A stretch of 64,000 nt of DNA from Iphione sp. A-MEVVRFRX5 (taxonomy: Eukaryota). The DNA is taken from contig OZ320321.1 of NCBI GenBank assembly GCA_976226885.1, positions 74,090,001 through 74,154,000 on the forward strand. The letters are read 5' to 3'. The position numbers and the translations under genes are program-made. Shown here one piece after another: positions 10,182 through 21,934 of the stretch (positions are counted from its first letter, which is position 1; every line of letters begins with the position of its first letter). The notes under the pieces are model-generated. The model ran no database searches. It was not told the origin of the DNA and worked only from the letters and a program-made list of their open reading frames with translations.

Positions 10182-13100
10182 CTACGTGTGGGGGTCAAGT
10201 TCTCCCTCGATGAGCTCGGCATTGAGTTCATAGAAGGATTCCAGCAGGAAGAGACCAATGGGTCCATCAGCCTGGGCCATTTTGATCATATGGGCAGCCA
10301 GGTCTGGGGCTGACAGGTGAGCTAAGCTCTCGTCACTGCCATATTTGTCTATGGGAGCGTGAGTGATCTCCCGACAGTTAGTGAGGATGTGGGGAATGGA
10401 AAAGGTTTCTCCACAGTAACAGGGTTGGTATTCCGGGAAGTCTACCGGTCGCCTGTAGCTGAGCTGTAATCTGCATATGGCCGTTTGGATGCCTCTGCGC
10501 ACGATGTCCTTCGGTGGGGGGCATGTCTTCATGAGTAGACGGTGCCAGTCCCAGCTGCGAGATGATGATACTAGGTCCAGGCTGCTCCTCCATTTTTCTA
10601 AGCTGGCTCTTTTGATGGAGGCGAGCACGTGCTGTAGGGAGGGGTTGGTAGGCATGTCAATTGCCGGGGCCTGGGAGGCGATTTTAGCTGCTGCATCTGC
10701 AGCTTCGTTGCCGACTAAGCCAATGTGGGAAGGGATCCAGTGTAGGATGGTGGTGATGTTGCGGGAGTCCCTTTCGAGGAGAATTTCCTGAATGAGTTTG
10801 GCTAGCTTGTGGCAGGTGTTCTTTTCTTGTATCGCCAGGGTGGAGTTGTAGGAGTCGGTGTGGATTACTACCGGCTCCTCCCTGTGTTCCCTAAGGGCGA
10901 TCAGGATGGCTGCTAGTTCGGTGGTGAGGCTGGAAGCCCCATCGCTGACCCTGACGCCTCTGGCTTGCCCAGTGGGCAGGACAAAGGCGGCGCTAGCTCT
11001 ACCAGTGTCCGGGTCAGAGCTGCCATCTGTGAAGATGTGGCGAGCTCCAGGAAGCGTTTCCCTGATCTCTTCAGTTTCTGCCAGGGCAAGACTTCTGAGG
11101 ATTATCGTGTTGGTTTCTGATTTCTTGCTGGCCGGGAGGTTGGCTACTACCCTAACAGGGACGGCTGCCCAGGGGGGGAGGGTAGAGTCGTCGGGGAGCG
11201 GGATAAACCTGCCTCCCAATTCTATTGCCCTCTCAATTCCCACCCTGAGAGTGCAGGGGATTTCCTGCAGTTTTTTGGTTGGGTCCCCTAGCAGCGTACA
11301 GATTTTCTTGGCAAATCTCGTGTTGAGTTTGCTGGCTGTCCGTACCAGGAAGCAGGAAGCTACCTGAATAATTCGTTCTCGAATGGGTGGGAGCCCGGCC
11401 TCGGACTGCAGATTTTCGATGCGAGTCCGCATAGGTGCTGAGAACATCTTTCTCATAGCTTGGTTTTGGATTTTATCCAGTCTTGCAAGCTGCGTGGTGA
11501 TTTGAGCGATGTCTCTTTTCTTGGACCGTTTGTGTCCTAGTGCAAAGCTGAGGATGGGGGAAGTATAGTCAATTACTGACAGGATAGCCTGTAAGTAGAA
11601 CTGTCTTTGCACCTGTAAGTTTGCCCCCCAGCTGAAACCGGAGAGGGCCCTCATGACTCTTAGCCTGCTCCTCAGTTGCTCCACAATCCAGTCAATTGTG
11701 GGTCTGAAGGTGAGCTCGTGGTCTAGTACAATGCCTAGATATTTATAGGTGGAGGCCCATTCAATTCGGTCTCCACCAAGCTCAAGTTTGGCACCAGGGG
11801 ATTTTTCCTTGATGAACATGGCCTTAGTCTTGGGGAGGGAAATTTTTAGACCGAGCTCGTGGCATCGGGTGAGGATTTCCCTGAGAGCTGCATTGGCAGT
11901 TGTTTTGGCATCGAACTCGTCTGTGCAGATGAGTGCGATGTCGTCAGCATACAAGTAGATTATGGTGCCAGGGATCTTGTTGGCAACCAGTTTCTCCATA
12001 ACGCTGTTGAAGAGGAGTGTGCTTAGCACCCCTCCTTGGGGAACTCCATTGTGGAGTTCATGGTAAGTGGAGGCCTTACCTTGGAAGACTACCCTGGCCT
12101 TGCGGTCTTTTAGGTAGTTTACAAGGTAAGCTAGGAGTTTGCCTCTGACACCCGCCTCTGCTAGGGAGCTGAGGACCACTGAGTGGTCTACTAGCTCGAA
12201 TGCCTTTTCGAGGTCTAGGAAGGCTGCTATGCATTGGTGCTTTTTCTGCTGGGCTGCCAAAATCTGGCTGAGCAGGGTGGCGGCACAATGGACAGTTGAT
12301 CTTCCTGGGGTGAATCCGTATATATGCTCTGGGGTTTTGTGGCCTGCCTTTAGCATGGCATGTCTGACCCTTCCGAGCACTATCTTTTCTAATATTTTCC
12401 CCATTGCCTGAAGTAAGGTAATTGGGCGCTGACCTCCTCCAGCTTTCGGAATGGGAACAATGTCTCCCATTTTCCAGGAAGGAGGGACAGTTGAGGTTTG
12501 GAATACCTCGTTGAGTGCCTGTTGCACTGTTTCAAGGTTTTCCGGTTTCAGTTTGGCATAGGCCGCTTTGGGTATGCGGTCTGAGCCAGGTGCCTTGAAC
12601 AAGGCACCTTTGAGGGCCGCCCTAACCTCGTGGGTTGAGATTTCCCCATCCAGTTCCTCTGGGCTTGGGTGGGAAATTGCTTGGAGGATGACTTCCTTTC
12701 TGCAGGGTTCGAGTTTAGCTAATGCTGCTCTGTGTTCCCTAGGAAGGTTGTCGGGGCAGGTTCTTTGAGTGAACTGGGTGGCAAGCTCTTCTGCTCTTGC
12801 CGCTGGGTCAGGATGGAGAGGATCTCTGCTGGTTTTTCCTTTGACGATGTTTATTTTTTCCCATAGTTCTTTTGTAGAAGTGTGGGCATTGAAGGTGTTG
12901 CACCAGTCCTGCCAGACCTTGGTTTTTTCCTCTTGGAAGACTTGTTTGGCCCATTTTTGGGCTAGTCTTAGTGAGTCTAAGGTTGTGGCAGATCCTGTCT
13001 TGCGAAACTTTTTCGCCAGGCGGTTTACGGCAGCAGAGGCTTTCTTGCAACGGACAGTGTTGTACCACCACCTTTTGTTGCGTGGTTTCCCAGTTCCATG

Positions 13101-13934
13101 TGGCGGTTCGCCAATAGCACCCTGAAGGTTTTCAGTGAGCGTGTCTGGGTCGATGGCATCCTGGTGTTGTAAGTTTAATTGTCTAAACTTTTCGTTGACC
13201 TTTTCCCAGTCGGCGCGTCTCGTGTTGAGTCATCGAGGTCTGGGAGGTCCTTGTACTTTGGGGACGCCTATCACTGATTCATGGCTGAAGTGGTCGGATA
13301 GCAGACTGGGGATGATGCTCCAGTTTGTTTTGGAGGCCAGATGGTTTGTGGCGATGGCTAGGTCAATTGATGACCCGCTTTGATGTGTGGGGGATCCGAC
13401 GTTGAGAATTGTAAATTTCTCTAGATCGGAGAGTTCCTTAAGGAACTGCTTCCCCTTGCAGGAGGAGCGGTTTTTGTCTCCCCAGGCAGTGTGGTGGAGG
13501 TTAAAGTCCCCCATGATTAGTTGATCGGCATTGTTGCCGAGCAAGTCCGTATCTGCCCATTCCCGGAGATTGAACTCTGCATCTGTGTGGTGGTAGATGT
13601 TAGAGATGGTGAGCTGGCGTCCATTCCTTAGAGTTAGGCGGACCTTGATTAGCTCTGTGCGGGGGTCGGGTTTCGATATTACTGGTATTTCTTCGCAGGT
13701 GATGGAGTTCTTGACGAATGTGACCACTCCTTGCTTGTTGGTGCCGGCCTTGAGCTCAAAGGCTTTGTAGCCTTGTAAGGACAGATCATGTGTCCTATTG
13801 ATGGTCTCCTGGATGAGAATTACATCCGGGGAGTGATTTCCAGCGTAGTGCTGTATCACTTCTTTCTTGCTGTTAAAGCCCCGGGCGTTCCAGGAGACTA
13901 TTTTGAGGGTGCTGTCGTTGTTGTCTTGATCCAT
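10182..13934 (-). pseudogene. LINE #1 ORF2: APE endonuclease, RT, RNase H, CCHC; one premature TGA
   Basis: SWNARG, LIQET, GDFNLHH and SDH (APE); KAPGSD, DLEKAFE, GVPQGGVLS, YADD and YKYLG (RT); FTDGS, TELAAI, HTDS and WIPSHIGLVGNEAAD (RNase H); CYC..H....C. By hand the frame is continuous except for TGA at 13230-13232. Confidence 0.93.
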
Positions 13935-15667
13935 TATTGCATCTGCTCGTACAGCTTCCACTGTTTCCTGTAGTTGTCCCGTGTCTCCGTGAGAAGCTTG
14001 CGGGGATCTTTGAATTTGACAAGCATATCCAGAAGTACTCCCAGGAATTCCGCAACTCGGGCGTTCTCTGCGATCTCGTTGATAGTGCAGGCGCAGTTGA
14101 AGTCCAACTTCAGCTGCGGGCTACCAGGAGAGGTAGCCTCAGCATAGCTCCTCCGGGTCGGCTGTGGTGAGGCGGTGCTGGTGGTGTCTTCCAGTGTCGG
14201 GGGCGCTGCTGGTGTCTTCTCTGGCTCTGGGGCAGGAACGTGGGCGACGACGGGTGGGGGTCTTGCATCTTGGTTGTTCTTCTTCCTGGGGGTCCGGGGA
14301 GGCTGTGGTTTCCTGTTAGCTGGGGTCAGCTGGGAGTCTTTGGTGGTCAGCCAGCCAGATCCCACTCTTTTGTGTTGGTGCCCGGCAGGCGCCGGGACTG
14401 CTGCCCTTGCACTGCGTACAACACGGGGCGGCGAGGCCTGGTTCCTTCGGGGGTCGTCCTTCTGGGGGGTCACTGTCTTCTCTTCTCTGCGCTTGACTCC
14501 GTTGAGCCGCGCCCAGGCCTCCTTCCATCTGGGGCAGTCGTGGCTCCCGGCTTGGTGAGGTCCCAGGCACGTTGCGCATTTATCCGGGAGGTTACGCAGG
14601 CATCTCCGGGTTGGATGCCTGCCTGCGCATCGCCCGCATCAGTGCTCCCTGCTGAGGCAGTGCTCCTGTTTGTGCCCGTACTGCTGGCACCTGTAACAGC
14701 AGGTCACCATACTGTAGGGCCTCATGACTCGAGGAGACCCTAGGACCCCGAGGTCAATCCTTGTGTAGGGGGTCATCTTTTCCGTTGTTTGGACCTCGAT
14801 GGCCCACGTTGCTCTGTGCCCCCGGTAGAGGCGGCTCACCCTGACGATCCCGCGCTTTCCTAGGAGGGCCTTGGCATCCATGTTGGGGTGTAGTCCCTGC
14901 AGGACATATCTTTCCCCAAGCTGCTTCAGGGTGGGAGATGCTGCCAGTTGTTGAGCGGTCTCCTTGTCGCGGGCTCCTATGTAGACGCGTCCGTCTCTTC
15001 CTTCAAAGGTGAAGGTGTTGCCGCGGGGACAGCTCTGTTCCATCGCAGCATAAGGGGAAGCTGGGTTCACGGAATCGTGAAATACAGCTACCGCCCTTCT
15101 GCCGGTCCTGCGCCGGGGCTTCACTACTGTGAAGCCGTCCTTCTCACTGTCGCAGTGAGCCTGCGGCACGGCCGCCTCTGACTTACCCTGACGGTTCACC
15201 TCCAGGGGCCTCTGGGCCCCCTTGCCCTTGGTTGGCCTCTGGGCACAACCTAACTCACCCTTGTTCTCCTGAGGCCTCTTGGCCTCCCTAGCTGGCCTCT
15301 GGGCACAGCTGCCTCCCTTCTTTTCCTGGGGTTTGTCTGGTCCTGCTGTGGTGGTGGGTACCTGGACCTGTGGGAGAGAAGGGGAAGAAGAGCGGGGTGG
15401 GGTGGTGGCCTTTTTTGCTGCTGCAGGGGAAGAACCTCCCCTTTCCTCGGTCTCGGCAGTAGCTCTGACCGGGGACAAGGGGGGGGGAACTTCCTTCTGC
15501 TTCTTCTCTGCCTCCGGGGTTGACACCTTTCAGAGGGCTACGGCCTCATCCTTCCCAGCCTCGAACCAGTCTTGGCTCGGCTGGGTCTTCTTCTTGCGAC
15601 TTGGGAGGAGTCCCATCCTCCCAAGGGATGTGTCCAGGCAGGGACCTGCCTGGCTACGCGTCTTCAT
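13934..15667 (-). pseudogene. LINE #1 ORF1: Gag-like with three CCHC knuckles
   Basis: CYRCQQYGHKQEHC, CGRCAGRHPTRRC and CATCLGPHQAGSHDC. ATG at 15667; TGA at 15530-15532 and 14639-14641; frameshift near 14470. Confidence 0.9.
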
Positions 15668-16329
15668 TCTGAGTGAAAAAAATAGAGTGAAACGGGGAGG
15701 GGAGGGGGTAGTACTTGTGTTGGGGTAAGTAGTGGGTATAACTTGGGGAGAAATGGGGCTAGGGAGATGGGATTTTGACTAAATTGTAGCGGGTCGGATG
15801 GGGGGGTAGTCTGGTGAGGAGTGGAGGGAGACGGGCAGATTTTGTGTTGGGGTGAAAATTGGACGTAGCTTGGTGGGAAATCGAGCTAGGAGGGTGGGAC
15901 TTTTTCTAAAATGTCGGGGGCCGAGTGGGGGATGTGTTGTGGGAGTGTGGGGAGGAATGGGCAGGTTTTGTGTTGGGGTGAAAAAGGGCTGTAACTTGGA
16001 GGAAAATTGGGTTAGGAGGGTGGGGTTTTCGTTAAAATGTTGCGGGTCGGGAGGGGGTCTTGGGAAAAAAAGATCCAGAGGTTTGGGCGAGGTTGGGAAA
16101 AGAGTTAGTTTGGGCTATATCTTGGTAAGTTTACGTCGTAGGAGGGTGGGAGTGGGTGCAAAATGATGCGGGCTGGCTCGGGAGTAAGGGAAAAATATCA
16201 GTGAAAAAAGTAAATCTGAGGTGATTTGGTGGGTTTTGTGCTGGGCGTATCTCAGGTTAGGTTGGGCGGATTTGGTTGAAATTTGGCGGGGATGTTCCTA
16301 GGGTGGTGGAGGGTATGTAAAAATAATTT

Positions 16330-17290
16330 GGGGCAAATCGGGCAAGGTCAGAAAAAAGGTTACAAAAACGGCTGCCAGGTGTTTTCTATCGGGACTAGGG
16401 GGCTGGAAGTTGGTGGGAACTTTGGGAAGCACTTCAGGAGGAGGAATCTGGAGTTTGGAGGGGATTGGGCGAGGTGAAGGTTGGGGGGAAAAACGGGAAC
16501 AACTTGAGAACTAAGGGTTGGATTTGAGAAAGGAAAAAAGGGTTGGGTTGCGGGCCAGGTGGGGAGTAGGAAAAAGTGAAAAAAATCAATTGGACAAAAA
16601 CGGCTACCAGGGGTTTTCTATCAGCGTTAGGGGGCTGAAAATTGGTGGGAACTTAGGGAAGCACTTCAGGGGGAGGAACCTGGAGTTTGGAGGGGATTGG
16701 GCGAGGTGAGGGTTGGGGAGAAAAACGGGGATAACTTGAAAACTAAGGGGAGGATTTGAAAAAGGAAAAAAGGGTTGGGTTGCGGGCCAGGTGGGGAGTA
16801 GGAAAAGGTGAAAAAAATTAGTTGGACAAAAACGGCTGCCAGGGGTTTTCTATCGGGGTTAGGGGGCTGAAAGTTGGTGGGAACCTTGGGAAGCACTTCA
16901 GGGCGAGGAATCTGGAGTTTGGAGGGGATTGGACGAGGTGAGGGTTGGGGAGAAAAACGGGAATAACTTGGGAACTAAGGGGCGGATTTTAAAAAGGAAA
17001 AGAGGGTTGGGTTGCAGGCCAGGTGGAGAGTGGGAAAAAGTGAAAAAAATTAACTGCACAAAAACGGCTGCCAGTGGATTCCTATCGGGGCTAGGGGGCT
17101 GAAAGTTGGTGGGAATTCCGGAAAACACCTTAGGGGTAGGATTCTGGAGTTTGAATGGGATTGGGCGAGGTAAGGGTTGGGGAGAAAAACGTGGATAACT
17201 CAGAAACTAAGGGGAGGATTGAAAAAGGGACAGAAGGGTTGGGTTGCGGGCCAGGTGGAGAGTAGAAAAAAGCGAAAAAAATTAACTGAA
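16330..17290. repeat. About 4 x 232-bp G-rich monomers in the 5' UTR of LINE #1
   Basis: GGGTTGGGTTGC(G/A)GGCCAGGTGG recurs at 16540, 16772, 17004 and 17236. Confidence 0.92.
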
Positions 17291-17299
17291 CAAAAACGG

Positions 17300-18248
17300 T
17301 CGCCAGTCGCTCAGAGTTGCTCCGAGCGACTCCAGATTTATAGGTGTGAGAGAGAAAGGGGCGGAGGATAGGCGTGAAAAATTTGAAAGAGATACAAGGT
17401 GTTTGAGGGGAGTTGTCGCGAGTTGCTCAGAGCCACTCGAAAAGGGTGTGAAGGTGTTGCGGGCCGGCTGGGGAGTGTCTCTGTGAAGTTTGAGATCAAT
17501 CGGACGAAGTCGCGGTCATGTCGAAAAACGGTCGTAGCGGAGAAGCGGTTGGCGCTAGAAGGTTGAGCTTCTCGGGGCATATGGAGGGGGGTTAGGGGAG
17601 TGTGCGTGTAAAATATGGAAAGGATCGGTCAAGTAGAACTTGAGATATGGTCGGTTTTATTGTTGTGCGTAAAAAATCGTCGTAGCGTCGTAAGTGTGCG
17701 TCCAAGGGCGTCGGGGATAGGTGGAGTCGTCTGCTGGCCGGCTAATCTGTAGGAATAAACAAAAACTCAAAAAGTAAATCCGAGTCGAATCGGTCGGTCG
17801 AAAATCGGTCGTAAATCTGCTGTAATTCGTCGTAGGGGGTCGAAAATCGGTAAAAGCGGTCTCCGTAAGGTCTGGGATATGGGAAAAATGCTGTCGGAGC
17901 GGTATTCGGAGTTTCGGGTCCTGTAGAAAAACGGTTGTAGCGTCGTCGTAAATCGTCGTAGGAGGTCGGGAGTCGGTGGAAAACGTTGCGGGCCGGAAGG
18001 GGGATACGGGGAAGGTCTAATCTCAGAAAGTCGAATCTGGTCCTGTCAGGGTCAGAAAGTTCTGTCAGAAATCGTCAGAAGTTGCCGTTTTTGGTCCGGG
18101 GAGCATATAGCTACAGCTACTGCGGTCCCTGTCGCTGTCTGTATCTCTAGCTGGAAACCTCTAAGGGTGCGTCAGCTGTTAGCGTCACTCAAAGGCTTGG
18201 GGGCCAGAGAGAGGAGTTGCCAGGACGGGGTCACTGAGCGAACTGATG
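17300..18248 (-). promoter_or_regulatory. CpG-rich 5'-terminal region / putative internal Pol II promoter of LINE #1
   Basis: CpG-dense; begins with an Inr-like TCAGT; homologous to 29260-30020 of LINE #2. Promoter function is inferred. Confidence 0.5.
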
Positions 18249-18257
18249 TCAGTGTGT

Positions 18258-18387
18258 GATGATGATGATGATGTCCGATTTTGCCCAGATTTGGACAAGG
18301 CGCTTCGCCCGCCAGGGCAGCGCCAGCCCCTGTACTAGGTCAGGAGCCTTGTTTGGAGTGAGCCCTAAAGGGGCTTAGTCTCTGTAG
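18258..18387 (-). mobile_element. 130-bp 5'-truncated LINE 3' end, tail (CAT)n
   Basis: Exact 11-bp TSD TGTCAGTGTGT at 18247-18257 and 18388-18398; conserved 3' hairpin at 18299-18324. Confidence 0.85.
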
Positions 18388-19427
18388 TGTCAGTGTGTCT
18401 GTGGTCCTTGTTGATCTTCTTGGTGATGTGGACACAGCAAATGGTGTTTTATTTGGCTTGCGCATTTTGGTTATTCAGGTTGTGCTCCCTGGTGATAGGT
18501 TGAATCTTTCCAATACCTATAGATTAAATTACTGAGTGTAATTTTGAATTGATTGATTTCCGTGTGTTGTATTATCCTATGCAGTTTGTGTGTGGTTTTT
18601 TACTTTTTGTGGTCTTTATATAGTGAATTTCGTTTCGGTGATATGCTTCAATGCGTTTCCCGTGATACGGTCTAGTGGTTCTTATGTAATCGGTGACCCC
18701 GTTCGGTGTGTCTCGTTGTCACATTTAATGAGTCCTCGATATTTTGATTTACCTGTGTTTGGCCCACGTTGAGCGGTGAGTTTTTATTTTGTCATTTATT
18801 CTCTAATCTTTAGTTGAGTCTCATGTATCGGTTTAGTGTTTTTTATTTTTTATTTTTTATTCAGGGTTTTGTGTTTAGTTGATTATCCTTTTTTATTCTT
18901 CCCCGTTGCCGGTAATTTATTCTGTGTATTTTTCTTCTACGTTGGGTGTCGTCACAGTTCTTTCTTGATGTATTATTAGGTAGCTTTTGTGCATTGGGGG
19001 TATTGTCTTCGTATGCTGTGGTTTGCTTAACGGCATAGCCTGGTGTCTTAGTGCTGGGGGATAGTTGATTCATCGGAGATTGGCGGTGTCGTTCAATTCT
19101 CAGTATGTTTGACGATCTCATATAGTGGTCTTTTCATTGGTTTGGGTTTAATACAGAATGCTGGACTTGGTGCTGCTCGGTGGGATCAGACTGGTGGATG
19201 GTTAATGATAGGAATGTTTGGCTGTTGCTAGCAGTGATAGGTGCCACTGCAGTGAATTTCTGATTTATGTTGGGGGTGATATAGTTTACCACTATACATC
19301 ACATGGTTTCGACCATGTCTCACCAGGCACTGGATTGTCGAAAATTTCAAATTCTATGAGGAGGATTTCATATAGGTTTGCCCTTTTAAAGAGAATTCAT
19401 AAATGAATTACACTTGTTAAAAACCTG

Positions 19428-20681
19428 TCACCTTATGGAGTGAGGGTTTTTTGAAACTAACCTTATGCGACAAGTCCATTCAATGACGTCAATCAAGCTC
19501 AATGTCACCTGTGGCAGTTTCAGCAGGTCTTTCGCATACGTTCTGGTTGTGAGGTCATCAGTGTATATTACTGCTGTTACATCTTTTGGCAGGACTGGGA
19601 ATACAGTGTCAACAACGAGGCAGAAAGCCAGGGGTCCCAACATGGACCCCTGGAGCATCTCCATCATTACCTCCAACTTGGATGAGTCCACTCCTCTGCA
19701 GCGCACATACGGTTTTCTTCCTTCTAGGTGGGCTGTATCTTTCAATCTTCTACCCCATCACTTATTCCAAAGCCATTTCTTTTGCATTTTTTGTGACCTC
19801 CTTCGACGGCAGCATGCAGTCTATTTCCTCCTTCAGTCTGTGTAGGAAGCGATCCCAAGACTGTGCACGGTCGCCATCCATGCACAGTCATCTGTCCTGA
19901 GTCTACAATGTAAGTCGGCAATGTCAGGTTTCTTCCAGTTCCTAATCGGTCTTTTCCCTCGTGTTGGATCTGACACCTTTTATGATAATTGTTGCGATCG
20001 GGAGATGATCACTGAGGAACCAGTGCAGCGTGGCACCCCCTAAGTGCCCCCCCCCCCAAAGTCAACCCACAGATGGTCGAAGTTTCACTTGAGACCATAG
20101 TAGGGCCTGATATGAGTTGGTTAAACCCTTTACCAGCAAGCAGGTTGGGTATTGCATTGCTTGTTCTGCCAGTAATCCCATACTGGTCATTAAAATCACC
20201 TAGTTTGACTCTGTCACTTCTTCCTCCACGAGGTATGTATTTGATTGCATACTCAAGGGCTCTGGTTGATGCCGCAGATCGGTCTTTGGTGGATGATAGA
20301 CTGTGGTGATATTGACAGGTCTTCTTTGGCCTTGTTTAATTCTTGCCCCTAAGAACTCTCTACACCAGTCCTCTGGTATAGGCCTGAACTCCCTTTTAAG
20401 CTTGAATTCTGACCTAAAGTAGATGAGTAACCCCTCCTCCCCCTTTCTTACCCCTACTTCCCCCTCTGTCCCGTTTGACATAGTCATAGCCCTTAATGGA
20501 GATGTCCGCTGTATTATAAGACTCTTTGAGCCATGTCTGTCAAACAGCAAATGACAACATCATTCTCTGAGAGATCACTGAAGTCCCCAACCTTTCTCCC
20601 TAAACTCTGTATATTGTACCCTACAACTTGTAGCCCCTTTCTTGTCAAAATATCGCAAGTCATGTCTCCCACCTATTTTAG
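19428..20681 (-). pseudogene. Decayed CR1/L2-like LINE ORF2 (APE and RT remnants), interrupted by LINE #2 and resuming at about 30027
   Basis: GLQVVGYNIQSL...TWL...GYDYVKRDR...GGGV...VYHPP (APE, frameshifted); QGSMLGPLAF and IYTDD (RT). Confidence 0.8.
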
Positions 20682-20788
20682 TGGACAGACTTGACTTGAC
20701 TTGACTTGACAGGGGGGTTGGGCAATGACCCCCAAAGGGGGTGCCCTGGCCTTCGCCGGTGAGGCAGACCTTAAACTTGCTTGGTCTT

Positions 20789-20945
20789 AAATTGTTGAAA
20801 TTGTTGAAACTGTTGGAATTGAACTTGTTGTATATGCATTCCTGTTGATATTCTACCTATTCTTGTACATGTCCGAAAACCGAATACTGCCTTACTTAAG
20901 GCGAAAACCTGGACAATAAAATGATTTCTTATCTTATCTTATCTT
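20789..20945 (+). mobile_element. Plus-strand 5'-truncated LINE 3' end with AATAAA and (TCTTA)n tail
   Basis: T-rich UTR, CTGCC-loop-GGCGAA hairpin at 20887-20905, AATAAA, tail; candidate TSD TCTT at 20785-20788 and 20942-20945. Confidence 0.6.
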
Positions 20946-21934
20946 CTGTACCTGGTGTAGTTGGGGGAGTCACTCAGTCGTCATTGGCTGTGCAGGACAG
21001 GGCGCGGGAGTCGTCTTGGGTTGCTGGAGTCGGCTGATGTGCAGCGACATTGTCGCGCCACGCAAGGAGAGGCTGCGTGCCTCTTGTGTGCGTGCCATTT
21101 AACCATGCATGACGAGAGTCATGCCCCAAGTTTCGCCAGAACACCTGCAGGAGGCTATCACGGCAGAGGGGTCCTTGGGTGGTTGCGGACATTAGCTTCT
21201 CACAGCTGTTGACAATCTCCTGCATCCTATGCACAAGGCAAGCTGACAGGCATAGTCTTAATGGACTTTTAACTGTCTGGGGCGCTCAGTAGGCCCGGAA
21301 GTTTGGAGGCTGGCGGCGAGTTGGTGGTATGTAGTGGTGGTGAGCCGAGGCACGGTTGGGTGTTGTTCGTGGTGTTCCTGCAGGCTGAGTTGCTGGGGAC
21401 GCTGTTGGTGCTGCCGTCAGGGGGGTGGTCGTGCTGCCAGGGGTGGTCTTGTTGCTCCTTTTTCCGCTGTTGTTCTTTTAACAGGGTCTGAAAAGAGAAG
21501 AGAGAGAGAGGGGGAGGGGGTGGGTGTGTGGCAGCCATGCAAGGTCGTGTTGTATAGGGGGTGTTTTGGTTATTGGTTTGAGCGAGTGGCCTGACAAGGC
21601 CGTTTGGGATGGTCTATATAGACCAGACTTTCGGATGAGGCCTGAGAAGGCCCTTAGATGTGGTGGGCCTGTGATGGCCCAGACTTTCGGAGTTGGCCTG
21701 ATAAGGCCGTTGTATATTGCTGCCCCCTTGATTTGGTAGTGGGTGTTTCTGGAAACATCCTGGATGGGGCCACAGCGGTTGGCTGGCTGGTCTGCCTGGG
21801 GGTCTTGAGGTTGACAGGGGTGGTGGTCATATCGTCATGCTCATGGGTGTGGTATCTGTAAGTAGAGGATGAGAAAAAGGTAGAGTGATTGGAGGAGGTT
21901 AGGGCTGAGAGCGGGAGCGGAGGTGCCCCCTGCC

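Larger units (their letters stand above)
7767..18248 (-). mobile_element. Full-length I-group non-LTR retrotransposon #1 (Nimb/Ingi/I-like, RNase H-bearing)
   Basis: ORF1 and ORF2 present; (CCTGAA)n tail at 7767; 5' end CATCAGTTCGCTC at 18248; exact 9-bp TSD TCAGTGTGT at 7758-7766 and 18249-18257. Clade assignment is from domain order only. Confidence 0.9.

Noticed and set aside
15750-17300. TTAGGG hexamers suggesting telomeric DNA
   Set aside because: They are isolated hexamers inside 232-bp monomers, not a tandem telomeric array.
18299-18338. Hairpin followed by CTAG, like a Helitron 3' end
   Set aside because: Better explained as a minus-strand LINE 3' hairpin inside a fragment with an 11-bp TSD and a (CAT)n tail; the base after CTAG is not T.
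20928-20945. (AAGAT)n as the true 3' tail of LINE #2
   Set aside because: It is preceded on the plus strand by AATAAA and the conserved hairpin, so it belongs to a separate plus-strand fragment.
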